Assembly: GCA_030583725.1 (NCBI GenBank) | Contig: CP129472.1 | Location: 206,958 to 270,957, forward strand | Length of the DNA stretch: 64,000 nucleotides | Direction: 5' to 3' | Source of the DNA: a bacterium | Lineage (GTDB): Bacteria > Patescibacteriota > Microgenomatia > UBA8517 | Shown: positions 8,891-19,204 of the stretch, piece after piece | How the letters are laid out: each line of letters begins with the position of its first letter | Position numbering within the stretch: the first letter of the stretch is position 1 | Translations under genes and position numbers: made by a program | The notes under the pieces: generated by a model | The model's input: only the letters and a program-made list of their open reading frames with translations | Told to the model about the DNA's origin: nothing | Databases searched by the model: none

Positions 8891-9623
8891 ATTGCCTTAA
8901 TACTGGATTTGAATATCTTAAGTCAATTTCCCGTATATCATTCATTCTAATTCCTTCTGACTCATCATTCAAGCGTGAAAATATTAATCTTAAACCACCT
9001 ATCAAAAACTCAAGATCTCCCTCAAGTGGAAAAATGATATCAACCCCTTCAGTATTTTTAACTTTAAAACTTTCATTTTCAATTATACCCTCGTCTATTG
9101 AGTATAAATAAGTTAGATAGTTTAAGATATCTAATGCAAATTTATTCTGATTATTCAATTGCTGACCTACTTCCATATTTAGGTTATCAACCTTAACAAC
9201 AGGCAAACTTGAATCATCAACCAGATCAATAATTAACCCATTTTTGTCCAATATATAGTATTTGTTGCTATTTAGGTCAAAAATCGAAAATTTAGGTTTC
9301 TTTAGGTTTATCTCTACATCCAAAGTAGATGGTATTTTGTACTGAACCAAATAGTCATTTATGGCCATATCATTCTTAAGAATATTTTCTATATAATTTT
9401 TACTGCTTTTTAAGTCTCTGCCCTTAACCAAACCCAACTCGCCCAACAAGCTGTCGCCACACTGACCATACTGTGTAACACAGGTGACACTGGTTATTTT
9501 AATTGATTTCACAACCAAGATTGGAGTAAGAAATAGAAAGATAAATATCAAAACAAGTGACATTGTTTTAAAAATACTTAGAGAGAGTTTAAAATGCGTT
9601 CTTGAAGTAATTTTTCTTTTCAC
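8883..9623 (-). CDS. ftsQ: FtsQ/DivIB-like cell division protein (single N-terminal TM, POTRA-like)
   Basis: Position between murG and ftsA; 246 aa; N-terminal TM helix. Confidence 0.5.
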   Translation of the reverse strand: MKRKITSRTHFKLSLSIFKTMSLVLIFIFLFLTPILVVKSIKITSVTCVTQYGQCGDSLLGELGLVKGRDLKSSKNYIENILKNDMAINDYLVQYKIPSTLDVEINLKKPKFSIFDLNSNKYYILDKNGLIIDLVDDSSLPVVKVDNLNMEVGQQLNNQNKFALDILNYLTYLYSIDEGIIENESFKVKNTEGVDIIFPLEGDLEFLIGGLRLIFSRLNDESEGIRMNDIREIDLRYSNPVLRQYE

Positions 9624-9632
9624 AACTATATT

Positions 9633-10730
9633 CTAGATAGATTCCTCTAAGATATCTACTATATCAGAGGCTGCATTAAGGTCAGGGCTTTTAAGGTTTT
9701 CTGTTAGGGTTAGTATATGTCTATAATCTGCAATTAACTTTTCTATTTCAGACAATAGTTTTTGTGGATTTAAGTCCTTTTGCAAAAGTATTCTTGCAAG
9801 CCCTAATTTCTCCATATATTTTGCATTTTCAGTTTGCTCATCATTATAAGTCCACGGAATAGGTATTAAAATTGATGGTATTTTTAAAGCAGTCAATTCA
9901 GAAACTGTATTTGCACCTGCACGAGAAATTGCAACATCAGCCTTTAGTAGGACTTCTGCCATTTCATTAGGACCTACCTGACCAAAAGCTAAATATCTAT
10001 TGTTTGTTATTGATTTAAATTCATCTAAATTATCATCACCGGTTTGATGCAAAACATAGTATTTATCTGTAAGTTGAGGTAATAACGGTTTAATAGCTTC
10101 ATTTATCCAAGTTGAGCCCCTTGAGCCCCCTGTTATTAAAATTGATTTAACCCTAGTGCTTCTTGCGTCTTTGTGCGAATCTATAAGATTTGCTTTGGTA
10201 GCAATCTCTGAATTAATTGGGTTACCTACCAACATAGTTTTATTTTTGTTAAAAAAGGGGTATGAACTCTCTCTCGAAACTAATATTTTTTTTGAAAAAT
10301 ATGAAGATATGATATTTGCCCGACCAGCAGTCGCTGTCTGTTCATGAATTATGGTTGAAATTTTATAAAAGTTTGACCAAAAAACAGTCATTGCTCCAGC
10401 TGCGCTACCAAACGATAGTGTCAAATCTGGGTTAATAGCTTTAATAAGTTTTCTAGTAGCTAAAAAGCCTGCAGGTACTTTTAACAGAGCTGGTATTGTG
10501 TGTCTTGTAAATTTTGTTTGAAGTTTGCCAGATTCTAGGTTGTGAAATTTTACATCATATTTAGACAGATTTTTATATTCTAAAGTTTCTGATAATGACC
10601 CCTCTTTAGAAAATCTTTTACCAATCCAGTGAAGTTCCCAGTCTAAATTTCTCTTTTTAATCTCTTCAACTATAGCTATAGCAGTAGAACCTGCATGGCT
10701 ACCTGCGAGTAATATTGTTTTCTTTTCCAT
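9633..10730 (-). CDS. murG: Lipid II synthase MurG (UDP-GlcNAc:lipid I GlcNAc transferase)
   Basis: GT28 C-terminal block GANTVSELTALKIPSILIP..DEQTENAKYMEK; position ftsW-murG. Confidence 0.8.
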   Translation of the reverse strand: MEKKTILLAGSHAGSTAIAIVEEIKKRNLDWELHWIGKRFSKEGSLSETLEYKNLSKYDVKFHNLESGKLQTKFTRHTIPALLKVPAGFLATRKLIKAINPDLTLSFGSAAGAMTVFWSNFYKISTIIHEQTATAGRANIISSYFSKKILVSRESSYPFFNKNKTMLVGNPINSEIATKANLIDSHKDARSTRVKSILITGGSRGSTWINEAIKPLLPQLTDKYYVLHQTGDDNLDEFKSITNNRYLAFGQVGPNEMAEVLLKADVAISRAGANTVSELTALKIPSILIPIPWTYNDEQTENAKYMEKLGLARILLQKDLNPQKLLSEIEKLIADYRHILTLTENLKSPDLNAASDIVDILEESI

Positions 10731-11826
10731 ATCTACTGATATTTAGTAGTATACCGCAAGAAACCAAAATCATCGATAAGCTAGTGCCTCCGTATGAAAA
10801 AAATGGCAAAGGTATTCCAGTTAGAGGGGTTAGGGCAGTCATGGCTGCAATATTTAGAATCATTTGGCCGCCTATCCAAGCAGTTAAACCTATACTTAAA
10901 ACCCTAGAAAACTCATCAGGTGCGTTTACGCTTATTTTATATGCTTTATATACAAAAAAGGCAAAAGCAAAAACTAATATGGCAGAGCCTACAAAACCAA
11001 CTTCCTCTGCAATAGCCGCAAAAATAGAGTCAGTAGAGGCTTCTGGCAAAAATAAATACTTCTGCTTCGACTGGCCGATACCTAAACCAAACAGACCACC
11101 AGAGCCGATTGCAAGTAAAATCTGCCTTATATGATACTCTTTCCCTAGTGGGTCTGATCCAACTTCTAAAAAAGTAAGTAGTCTATCTCTCCTATATGGT
11201 GAAACCAAGATAAGAACTACAACACTGACGAAAGCAATCAATAAAGACCAGAAAAAGTAAAGAATTGGAACTCCAGCAATAAAAATCTGCACCAAACCTA
11301 TAAGGGTGACTATAATAGTGGTACCCAAGTCAGGTTGTAGCATTATTAAACCCGCGACTAAAGCAAGTGGAATAAAAAAAGATAATGGTTTTTTTAGTTT
11401 ATTTTCTGCAACCTTTGCTAAATAAAGAGCTAGAGTTAGTTTAACAACCTCCGAAGGTTGAAAATTAACTGGACCAACTGAGATCCATCTTCTGGCTCCT
11501 AAAGCCTCCAGCGACAAGCCAGGTATAAGTACGGCTATTAATAATATTAAAGATATAAAAAATAATGGCGTGGCAATTTTTTTCCAAAAGTTATAGTGAA
11601 TATTACTGACAACAAACATAGCAGAGAGTCCAATCCCTGCCCACGCAAGCTGATTTTTAAGAAATGCAAACTTATCATCAAAAATATTTAAGGCTTGAGG
11701 TGCTGAAATATCTGCAATAAAAATAAGGCCAACTACAACTAAAGATAATATAAGATATAAAAAAGTCTTGTCTAAGGGGTGTCTTGGTATTTTACTTATT
11801 TTTTTAAAGCTTTTTATTCTTTTCAC
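10699..11826 (-). CDS. ftsW: SEDS-family lipid II flippase/polymerase FtsW
   Basis: SEDS membrane protein between mraY and murG. Confidence 0.8.
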   Translation of the reverse strand: MKRIKSFKKISKIPRHPLDKTFLYLILSLVVVGLIFIADISAPQALNIFDDKFAFLKNQLAWAGIGLSAMFVVSNIHYNFWKKIATPLFFISLILLIAVLIPGLSLEALGARRWISVGPVNFQPSEVVKLTLALYLAKVAENKLKKPLSFFIPLALVAGLIMLQPDLGTTIIVTLIGLVQIFIAGVPILYFFWSLLIAFVSVVVLILVSPYRRDRLLTFLEVGSDPLGKEYHIRQILLAIGSGGLFGLGIGQSKQKYLFLPEASTDSIFAAIAEEVGFVGSAILVFAFAFFVYKAYKISVNAPDEFSRVLSIGLTAWIGGQMILNIAAMTALTPLTGIPLPFFSYGGTSLSMILVSCGILLNISRYGKENNITRR

Positions 11827-11844
11827 ACTATCATTCTAACAGAG

Positions 11845-12897
11845 TTAGATAGTTGCAAGCCAGAGGCCGAAGGTGGCCAAAATTATACCAGCCAACCAAG
11901 CACGCATAACAATCTTGGGTTCTTCCCAACCAATAGCAAGGAATGTGTGGTGTAATGGAGCTAATGGAAAAATAGGTCTTTTTAAAAACTTCCAACCCAA
12001 AATTTGAATTGCAGACGAGGCAATTTCAATTACAAATATTCCACCTATTACAATTAATGCAAACAAGCTTCCAGTCAATAGTCCAATAACTGCAAGTGTT
12101 GCGCCAAAGGAAAGTGCCCCAGTATCCCCCATCCAAATTCTGGCTGGCCAAGTATTAAAATATAAAAATGCGATTAAAGAGCCAATCCAAATTGCAATAA
12201 ATAAAGAAAGAGGTGTATCTAAATTGCTTGCAGCTATAACACCAAAAGCCATTAAACATATCATTAGTAAACCAGAGGCTAAACCATCCAAACCATCAGT
12301 AATATTAACGGCGTTAGTAAATGCAACAATAACAAAGGCAGAAAATGGTACAAACCACATTCCCATCTCAACAGTCACCCCAATAATTGGGATGTACAAA
12401 ATACTAATTCCTAAAAATTTATAGATTAAAAAGGCAATAACTGCAGCTAAAGCCCACTGTAACAAAAACTTGCTTCTTCGACTTAACCCAAAGGCAAGTC
12501 CAAGAACACCTCTTGTTGGTTTTCCAAGCATTTTAATGTAATCATCCAACAGGCCCAAAAGACCAAATGATATAAATGTAAAAAAGATGACAAATAGCTC
12601 AGCACGTAAACTATAAGCAGAATGAACAAAAACTCCTAAGTAAGAACTTAATGGAAATAAAACTGCGAACAACAATGAAACAACTGTAATAATTAAAACA
12701 CCACCCCCAACAGGAGTACCAACCTTGACATCATGCAACTTGTCAAACAAGGGAACTGTACCTTTTTTAGGAGCCTCAGCTTTCCTTGTAAATTTTAATT
12801 TATAAAGTAAGTCTATAAAAGGAACTACTAGAAGCGAAGTAATTAGGAATGAAAATATTATTAACCCCAAGCCCATTGGTAAAAAGTTCTGCATCAT
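11845..12897 (-). CDS. mraY: Phospho-N-acetylmuramoyl-pentapeptide transferase
   Basis: NAVNITDGLDGLASG motif, polytopic membrane protein. Confidence 0.9.
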   Translation of the reverse strand: MMQNFLPMGLGLIIFSFLITSLLVVPFIDLLYKLKFTRKAEAPKKGTVPLFDKLHDVKVGTPVGGGVLIITVVSLLFAVLFPLSSYLGVFVHSAYSLRAELFVIFFTFISFGLLGLLDDYIKMLGKPTRGVLGLAFGLSRRSKFLLQWALAAVIAFLIYKFLGISILYIPIIGVTVEMGMWFVPFSAFVIVAFTNAVNITDGLDGLASGLLMICLMAFGVIAASNLDTPLSLFIAIWIGSLIAFLYFNTWPARIWMGDTGALSFGATLAVIGLLTGSLFALIVIGGIFVIEIASSAIQILGWKFLKRPIFPLAPLHHTFLAIGWEEPKIVMRAWLAGIILATFGLWLATI

Positions 12898-12939
12898 TTT
12901 TTATATATTAGTTAATTCTAGCACAAGCATAAAATTTGT

Positions 12940-13962
12940 TTATAACCTTCTAATTTTTCTTCGAATTGTTTCAAACAAATATGTCAAATAGTAAAGAGGT
13001 GAAATGGGTATGTCATGTGCATGTAACCAGTTGATACGTCTTCCACCGAAACCAGTTTTGAACAATGTCACCCCAGCAAATCTATGCTTAGGATTATCAT
13101 CAGGGGCAATACCCCAAAAATTGTAGTGTTTAAGATTTCTTTTTTTTGCCTCTTTAATGACCTCCCATTGCATAAAATAGGAAAATGGTATGTTCAAATG
13201 CTTCGATGTTGAACCACTAAAATGGTAATAGGCTGAATCTCCGTAAAATATAATTATTGCTGAAGCTAAAACTAAGTTGTCTTTTTTACACATAAATAAA
13301 ATTGCATTATTGTCTTTTCCAAAATAGTCAAGTTCTAACTCAAATAGCTCAAGTGGAAAACCAACAAACTTATGCCTTAATGATGTTTCTCTTTGCAGAT
13401 CAAAAAGCGTTTTGGTATCTTTTTTGTCAACAGACTTAATTACTTTTAGTCCTTCCGACTGACTTTTCTTAACTAAGTATCTTGTTGACTTACGCATTTC
13501 TGCCAAAAGCACATCTTCAGACTTGTCTATATCTAAAATCCATGTGTTCTCGGCATTGAGATGCGTTGGTGAGTTTAGAAAACCTAATTTGTCAAATACT
13601 TTTTTATTTTCTTCTGTATCTAATATTTCTGGTCTTACCCTGACAAACCACACTTTTTCTTTTTTACCCAAATTTACTACATATTCTGTGAACAGCTTTA
13701 GTTGCTTTTTGTCTGTCCAGTCAATAACTGGTCCTCCTGGAACCAATAAATGGGTACCCCTTTTGGCAACCTCCTTAATTACTAAAAATAAACCAACAAT
13801 CTTTTTGTTTTTATATAGTCCCAATCGAAATATCTTTTGGCCCATGTCTTCATGAACTTGACCCCAATTCCAAGATTGAAGAAAAGAACTTGGTATTTGA
13901 GATAATAAGAACTTCTCCCAAACTTTTTTATTTGTGATTGACTCTATTGTATATTTATCCAT
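12940..13962 (-). CDS. FemAB-family aminoacyl-tRNA-dependent peptidoglycan branch transferase
   Basis: 340 aa, SWNWGQV and YYHFSGST blocks typical of FemX/FemAB (PF02388-like). Confidence 0.65.
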   Translation of the reverse strand: MDKYTIESITNKKVWEKFLLSQIPSSFLQSWNWGQVHEDMGQKIFRLGLYKNKKIVGLFLVIKEVAKRGTHLLVPGGPVIDWTDKKQLKLFTEYVVNLGKKEKVWFVRVRPEILDTEENKKVFDKLGFLNSPTHLNAENTWILDIDKSEDVLLAEMRKSTRYLVKKSQSEGLKVIKSVDKKDTKTLFDLQRETSLRHKFVGFPLELFELELDYFGKDNNAILFMCKKDNLVLASAIIIFYGDSAYYHFSGSTSKHLNIPFSYFMQWEVIKEAKKRNLKHYNFWGIAPDDNPKHRFAGVTLFKTGFGGRRINWLHAHDIPISPLYYLTYLFETIRRKIRRL

Positions 13963-15140
13963 TTGTTAATTATTTTTGAAATTCTTATAGCGTCATTTTC
14001 ACTCATATTCCTATGCGTAGGTAAATTAAGTATCGTCTCAGATAATTTTTCAGCATTTGGACATGTACCAATTTTGTAACCTGATAATTTGTTATATTTA
14101 AGAGGTGCTACAGGATAATCATACCAAGTGTCAGATATAAAAATCCCATTCTGAGCCAAATGTCTTATCAATTTTTTTCTATTACTAACAAAAATTGGAA
14201 ATCTAACATTTGTCGATAAACTCAATTTAGTGTTTATATCTTTTGCTAGTACCTTTGGATCTAAATTAAGTGAGTAGATCTTAGCCAACGCTTTTCTATG
14301 GGTAATGTCAGGATCAAGATTGACTACATAATCATAAGCCATACTTAGATACCACCTTGGTAAATGATGAAGTCCAGTTGTTGAAAAATCAACTGGAGTA
14401 GAAAGTAAATTCAATTGTTTTAGCAATCTGTGTATAATTTTACCTATATTTAGAAAGTATAGTTTTCTGATTGTATAGGTAAAAAAAGGATACAAAATAT
14501 CTCTGATAAGCCATGTAATAGGAATCTTTTTGGTTTCAATATTATTTACTCTATTTTGATATTTTTTATTTCTAGTAATAAGTGCACCACCGGAAACTGC
14601 ATCGATTATTTTGTCTTGGCTAAAAGATAAAGCAACAAAGTCACCCACAGTACCTGCAATACTTCCATCTGCATAAACTGACCCTACACTATGAGCCAAA
14701 TCTTCAATCAAGACAAGTTTATTGTCTGCACATATTTTTTTTACTTCTCGAGCATTAATAGGAACTCCTAAAGTATTCTGTATAATGACCGCTCTTATTT
14801 TATTATTCGATGAAACTGACTTTCGAAGTGACTCTATCGAGAAATTCAAGTCATTACCTATGTCTAGATACACGCAACCCTGTCCGGAATTCAAAACAGC
14901 CTTCTCCACAACAAAACACGTCAAACCATTTATTGCCACAAAACCGCTGTCAACACCTATTGATCTTAATGCAACTTCAATCGCCTCTCGACCTTTATAA
15001 TAAAAAGTGACCTTACCGCTATACTTTTTTTCAAGCAATCTTTTCAACTTTAAACCTTTATCAGGTTTAAAGATATTTGCAAATCCCACAAGTAAAGATC
15101 TGAAATTATAATTTGATCCTAGTGAATTAAATATTTTCAT
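13944..15140 (-). CDS. DegT/DnrJ/EryC1-family PLP-dependent sugar aminotransferase
   Basis: ALSFSQDKII (PLP-lysine context), fold-type I aminotransferase layout. Confidence 0.55.
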   Translation of the reverse strand: MKIFNSLGSNYNFRSLLVGFANIFKPDKGLKLKRLLEKKYSGKVTFYYKGREAIEVALRSIGVDSGFVAINGLTCFVVEKAVLNSGQGCVYLDIGNDLNFSIESLRKSVSSNNKIRAVIIQNTLGVPINAREVKKICADNKLVLIEDLAHSVGSVYADGSIAGTVGDFVALSFSQDKIIDAVSGGALITRNKKYQNRVNNIETKKIPITWLIRDILYPFFTYTIRKLYFLNIGKIIHRLLKQLNLLSTPVDFSTTGLHHLPRWYLSMAYDYVVNLDPDITHRKALAKIYSLNLDPKVLAKDINTKLSLSTNVRFPIFVSNRKKLIRHLAQNGIFISDTWYDYPVAPLKYNKLSGYKIGTCPNAEKLSETILNLPTHRNMSENDAIRISKIINKWINIQ

Positions 15141-15810
15141 ATATTATGTTTAGTACCCTTTCTGGATGCGTAAATTGTGGCGAATGTTTGGCCCCATCAA
15201 TAATATATATTTTTGAGTTTCTGATTAACTTATTCATTAACATCCCATCTCTGAGTGGTGTAATACTATCATTTCTTCCCCATATAATACTTGTGTCTAC
15301 ATTTACCTTGTGAAGCATATTAGTCAAATCAATTGTAATTAAATTTTGCATAGTCTTTTTCATAATATCTGAAGCATTGTTGTAGTCGCTTTCACCAATA
15401 ATTTTATATAAAATATTTTTTAAATATTTTGATTTAGTAAATTTTTTACCAATACTTGATAGTAGTTTGAAAAAAAATCGTTTAACTTTAGTTTTTGTGT
15501 CTTTACTTAGAATACCAGCGCTATCTATCAAAATTAACTTTTTAATCTTACCTGGATTTCTTGCTACGTAACTTAAAGCAATCCTTCCACCGTTTGAATG
15601 TCCGATTAAAATAATATTCTTTTCTCTTTTAAGCTTTTTACCCAACCATTCTTCATAGTTACTTATGTTCCAAACTTCTTCTAGTTTTTCAGTTAAACCT
15701 GGAATTCTCAAAAGAACACACTCAAAATTATGTTTTTTGAGATCAACTAATAGCTCATTCCATTTATCAGTTTCATATGACCATCCATGTAAAATATATA
15801 CTTTTTGCAT
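15127..15810 (-). CDS. Alpha/beta-fold hydrolase
   Basis: GHSNGG nucleophile elbow, HG oxyanion motif near the N-terminus. Confidence 0.6.
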   Translation of the reverse strand: MQKVYILHGWSYETDKWNELLVDLKKHNFECVLLRIPGLTEKLEEVWNISNYEEWLGKKLKREKNIILIGHSNGGRIALSYVARNPGKIKKLILIDSAGILSKDTKTKVKRFFFKLLSSIGKKFTKSKYLKNILYKIIGESDYNNASDIMKKTMQNLITIDLTNMLHKVNVDTSIIWGRNDSITPLRDGMLMNKLIRNSKIYIIDGAKHSPQFTHPERVLNIIYENI

Positions 15811-15813
15811 AAC

Positions 15814-17076
15814 TTATAACCCAAACTTTTTTCTTTTTTCATCCCAAACTTTCTCTCTTCTAACTAATTTTTTGGGATCGGATTTGTTTAATAGTAGATT
15901 CTCAATTACACCTTCCAAAAATCTTGCCCCTTTAAATAAAATAATCTCTCCGCCCTTAATTTCTTTTTTTAGATAAAGTAATACTTCGTTTGGATTTATA
16001 AATGAGACTGCTGAGCTCTTTAAATATGGTTGTGTATATTTAGATATTCTTGGTCCCATCAATATTATTTTGTCGAATTTCAAATTGTTAATTTCTTGTG
16101 CCAAAAGTTTATGCTCTTTTGCTTCATTATTTCCTTGTTCCAGCATATCTCCTAAGACAATCCATTTGTGATTAGTAGTTTTTAGCTCTATAAACATTTT
16201 TAAAATTACTTTCATTGAGTCCAGATTCGCGTTGTAGGTACTATCAACCAAGTATGTATTTTTAACACCCTTAAACAAGCTGCTTCTGCCGGCAGGTAAG
16301 TCAAATTTACTAAAACTATTATCAAATTTTAAACCAAAATATTTCATAACACTTTTAGACATCTCAATCCCATATAACGTTTCTAGTGGCAAGAGATAAT
16401 TAAAATAGTGAGAGATATTTCTAATTTTAAAATGTGTCCTACCTCTTTCAATTGTATACTTGTAATCTAAGTTATTTAAGCTGACTTTTAGTAATTGTGC
16501 GTTTGTTCGACTAGACTGATTCATTATATATTTTGAATCAGAATTTAAAACCACAAGGTTTTTAGTGTTTTCAATTAGATATCCAAATTCGTGGGATATA
16601 GCATCCTCAAGTGAATTAAACCTATTATGTCTGACTAGGCTCTCAAAATTCATACTATGAGTTCTACCTAGACTTACCCAAAGTGTAACCTCTGGTTTTA
16701 AAAGTTTGGAGAGAAACATTCCCTCTTTTGGCCTGTCGCAGTCCACTTCAACAACATATATATTATTTTTTGGTAAACTTCTAAATATCCGCAACGGAGT
16801 AGTTATGAATATGTACGGCCATTCTAAAAAGGATAAAGTTTTCCGTTCAATTCCTAAAATATTAAATGGGATACCAAAGGAACTATTAGCATGAAACGAA
16901 TACATTGCCTTATCCCCCAATTGTGACGCCAGTAAATGCAACAATGTAGTCTTTCCGCTTGAGCCAGTCACGACCACAATTCTTGGTTTCCAACGATTTA
17001 ACACAATCTTTGCAAAAAGATAAAAATAATAAGCTAACGGAAAATATAATAACCTCTTGGTTTTATTAAACATCAT
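15814..17076 (-). CDS. murF: Mur ligase family protein, MurF-like (D-Ala-D-Ala adding) lacking the N-terminal domain
   Basis: VVTGSSGKTT P-loop, DSTYNANLDS, GDMLEQG blocks. Confidence 0.55.
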   Translation of the reverse strand: MMFNKTKRLLYFPLAYYFYLFAKIVLNRWKPRIVVVTGSSGKTTLLHLLASQLGDKAMYSFHANSSFGIPFNILGIERKTLSFLEWPYIFITTPLRIFRSLPKNNIYVVEVDCDRPKEGMFLSKLLKPEVTLWVSLGRTHSMNFESLVRHNRFNSLEDAISHEFGYLIENTKNLVVLNSDSKYIMNQSSRTNAQLLKVSLNNLDYKYTIERGRTHFKIRNISHYFNYLLPLETLYGIEMSKSVMKYFGLKFDNSFSKFDLPAGRSSLFKGVKNTYLVDSTYNANLDSMKVILKMFIELKTTNHKWIVLGDMLEQGNNEAKEHKLLAQEINNLKFDKIILMGPRISKYTQPYLKSSAVSFINPNEVLLYLKKEIKGGEIILFKGARFLEGVIENLLLNKSDPKKLVRREKVWDEKRKKFGL

Positions 17077-17089
17077 AATATATTATATA

Positions 17090-17386
17090 TTATGATGTCA
17101 CTGGATCGGAGGACAAAACAATTGTCGTTGAACCTGATCTGAAAACTCGTTGCCTTTCGGGAACCTCGTATTGAACCCTTCTGGTAACAATACTGCCTTT
17201 TGTTAATCTTCCGTCATTATATACCAACATCCCAAAACTTCCACCTCCCAATTTATTCTTTATTTCCACTAAACGAGCACGTTCACCATCTATAAAAATT
17301 TCCTTATCGGTTAAAATACGCCGTCTATCGTAAGATGCGCCACCAACGTCAACTTGTCCACCAGTTCTATTCTCTCTCATGGCCAT
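17090..17386 (-). CDS. Hypothetical small protein (98 aa), mid-GC
   Basis: ORF only; no family recognised. Confidence 0.35.
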   Translation of the reverse strand: MAMRENRTGGQVDVGGASYDRRRILTDKEIFIDGERARLVEIKNKLGGGSFGMLVYNDGRLTKGSIVTRRVQYEVPERQRVFRSGSTTIVLSSDPVTS

Positions 17387-17472
17387 ATGGTACTACTTTT
17401 TTGAAAAAAAACAACCCTTCGTCAAAAAACATTGATTTTTCAGAAATTAAAATATATACTCACCCTACTTAA

Positions 17473-18420
17473 ATGGAAGCTCTTTCGTACACAGGAGAAT
17501 CTGTTTGGAAACCCGAAATTTTCCCTTCTCGTTTTGGCTTCAGAATAGTGGATGGCAAATTTATTAAAAAAATTAACGGTGAAGATATTGCGTTCACAAA
17601 GATAACAGACGCAGATAATTTAGCACAGGTCGTTAGGGTTCAAAAAAAGGCTTGGAGATGGAAAGATCGTGAACTTGCTCCAGTTCACATACTAGCATTA
17701 ATGGAAGATACTGGTGGAGGTGTATTTACTGCTTGTAACGAAAATGGCAAATTTTTGGGATTTGCAGCTGGTTTTGGAGGTGGATTAGATAGAATCACAG
17801 GAAAACCTATTTTAATATCGAGTATGCTTGCAATGAATGGGGACAATTTAAGAAGCAAGGGTTTGGGTAGAGAGCTAAAAATCATACAGGCTTTTCATGC
17901 TTATCAAAATGGCTATTCTATGATGAAATGGCTATATGATCCAGAGAGAGGCGAAAACGCTTCTCTTAATATGCGGAAGCTGGGTGCAATGGCAGAAGAA
18001 TTCTATATAGATAAGTACGGTACCATGCTTTCAGATTTATATGGGCCAGTCCCGACTGATAGATTTAGGGCCGTATGGAGATTTACAGAAAAAAACACCT
18101 TATCTAAAATAATGAACGAACAAGACAAATCAAGAATTATAGATATTGACGACATACCGATAGCAACAGAAAATTATCTTCCAAATGAAAGTTATGTCGC
18201 AGTTCAGATATCAGACAATATCGATAATGAGCCTGAAGATACAAGAATAGCTAGAAGGTACCGACTAAGGATAATACTATCGCATTATTTTCTAAAAAGC
18301 GAGTATATCGCATCAGGATTTGTATCCAAAAAGGATGACGGAACTCAAACAAGGAGAAACTTTTACATACTTGAGCCATTACAACAGGTTATACAAAGAG
18401 GTGACATTAGTATCAATTAA
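17473..18420 (+). CDS. Hypothetical protein, possible GNAT-fold acyltransferase
   Basis: LRSKGLGRELK resembles GNAT motif A (R/QxxGxG/A); mid-GC; plus-strand island. Confidence 0.35.
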   Translation: MEALSYTGESVWKPEIFPSRFGFRIVDGKFIKKINGEDIAFTKITDADNLAQVVRVQKKAWRWKDRELAPVHILALMEDTGGGVFTACNENGKFLGFAAGFGGGLDRITGKPILISSMLAMNGDNLRSKGLGRELKIIQAFHAYQNGYSMMKWLYDPERGENASLNMRKLGAMAEEFYIDKYGTMLSDLYGPVPTDRFRAVWRFTEKNTLSKIMNEQDKSRIIDIDDIPIATENYLPNESYVAVQISDNIDNEPEDTRIARRYRLRIILSHYFLKSEYIASGFVSKKDDGTQTRRNFYILEPLQQVIQRGDISIN

Positions 18421-18637
18421 CTAAACAAATCTAAGCGATTAACTTCATAATTGTTTTTATATCACTTCATGGTTTTAAGTATTACCAAATATCGTATTTT
18501 TTCATGTACCCTACCCCAAACTACAATTTAGGCACATCTATTTGTCAAGTTGAACTCTTTTTAAATACTTGATAGTGATCTGTAAAATAAATTTTATAGC
18601 AAAACTTGTATACTATAGAATATCTGAATCTCAGAAT

Positions 18638-19204
18638 TTATTTTAACATTATTTTAGTTTCAAAACCTTTTGTTATTCCGTCTCTGCGATAGGAAGGGTA
18701 ATTTTTATTTAAATATGTAGATATTTTAGAATTTTCTATATTTTCTTCTAGAATTCCAAGTGAGAGCATTTGTTTAATATTCACTCCCACTAAATCAAAT
18801 TTCCATTGATCTTCGGATATTTTTTCAAAATAATCCTCATAATCTTTAAACTTATTCTTGACGTCATTTCTTACAATAAAATTATCTTTATCAATTGCAG
18901 GGCCAATTTTTATTTTAATGTCTTTTTTATCTGACTCAAATTCATTAATCATTAAATTAATTGCATTTTTAACAATTTCCTTTTCACTACCCCTCCAACC
19001 AGCATGAACAACTCCCACAACTTTTCTAACTGGGTCAATTAATGTTATGGGAACACAGTCTGCTGTTTGAATTAAAAGAGTAATATTTTTTAAATTAGTA
19101 ATTAGTCCATCGCAATTTGGAATTGTTTTTCCAACATCTTTCTTTTTAACAATATGCACATTTGATGAATGAGTTTGCTGGCAGTTTACGTAATTCACTT
19201 TCAT
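18638..19204 (-). CDS. pgeF: YfiH/PgeF (DUF152) family peptidoglycan editing factor / purine nucleoside phosphorylase-like protein
   Basis: QTADCVPI, HAGWRG, SYRRDG blocks; translationally coupled to murI (ATGA overlap). Confidence 0.7.
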   Translation of the reverse strand: MKVNYVNCQQTHSSNVHIVKKKDVGKTIPNCDGLITNLKNITLLIQTADCVPITLIDPVRKVVGVVHAGWRGSEKEIVKNAINLMINEFESDKKDIKIKIGPAIDKDNFIVRNDVKNKFKDYEDYFEKISEDQWKFDLVGVNIKQMLSLGILEENIENSKISTYLNKNYPSYRRDGITKGFETKIMLK

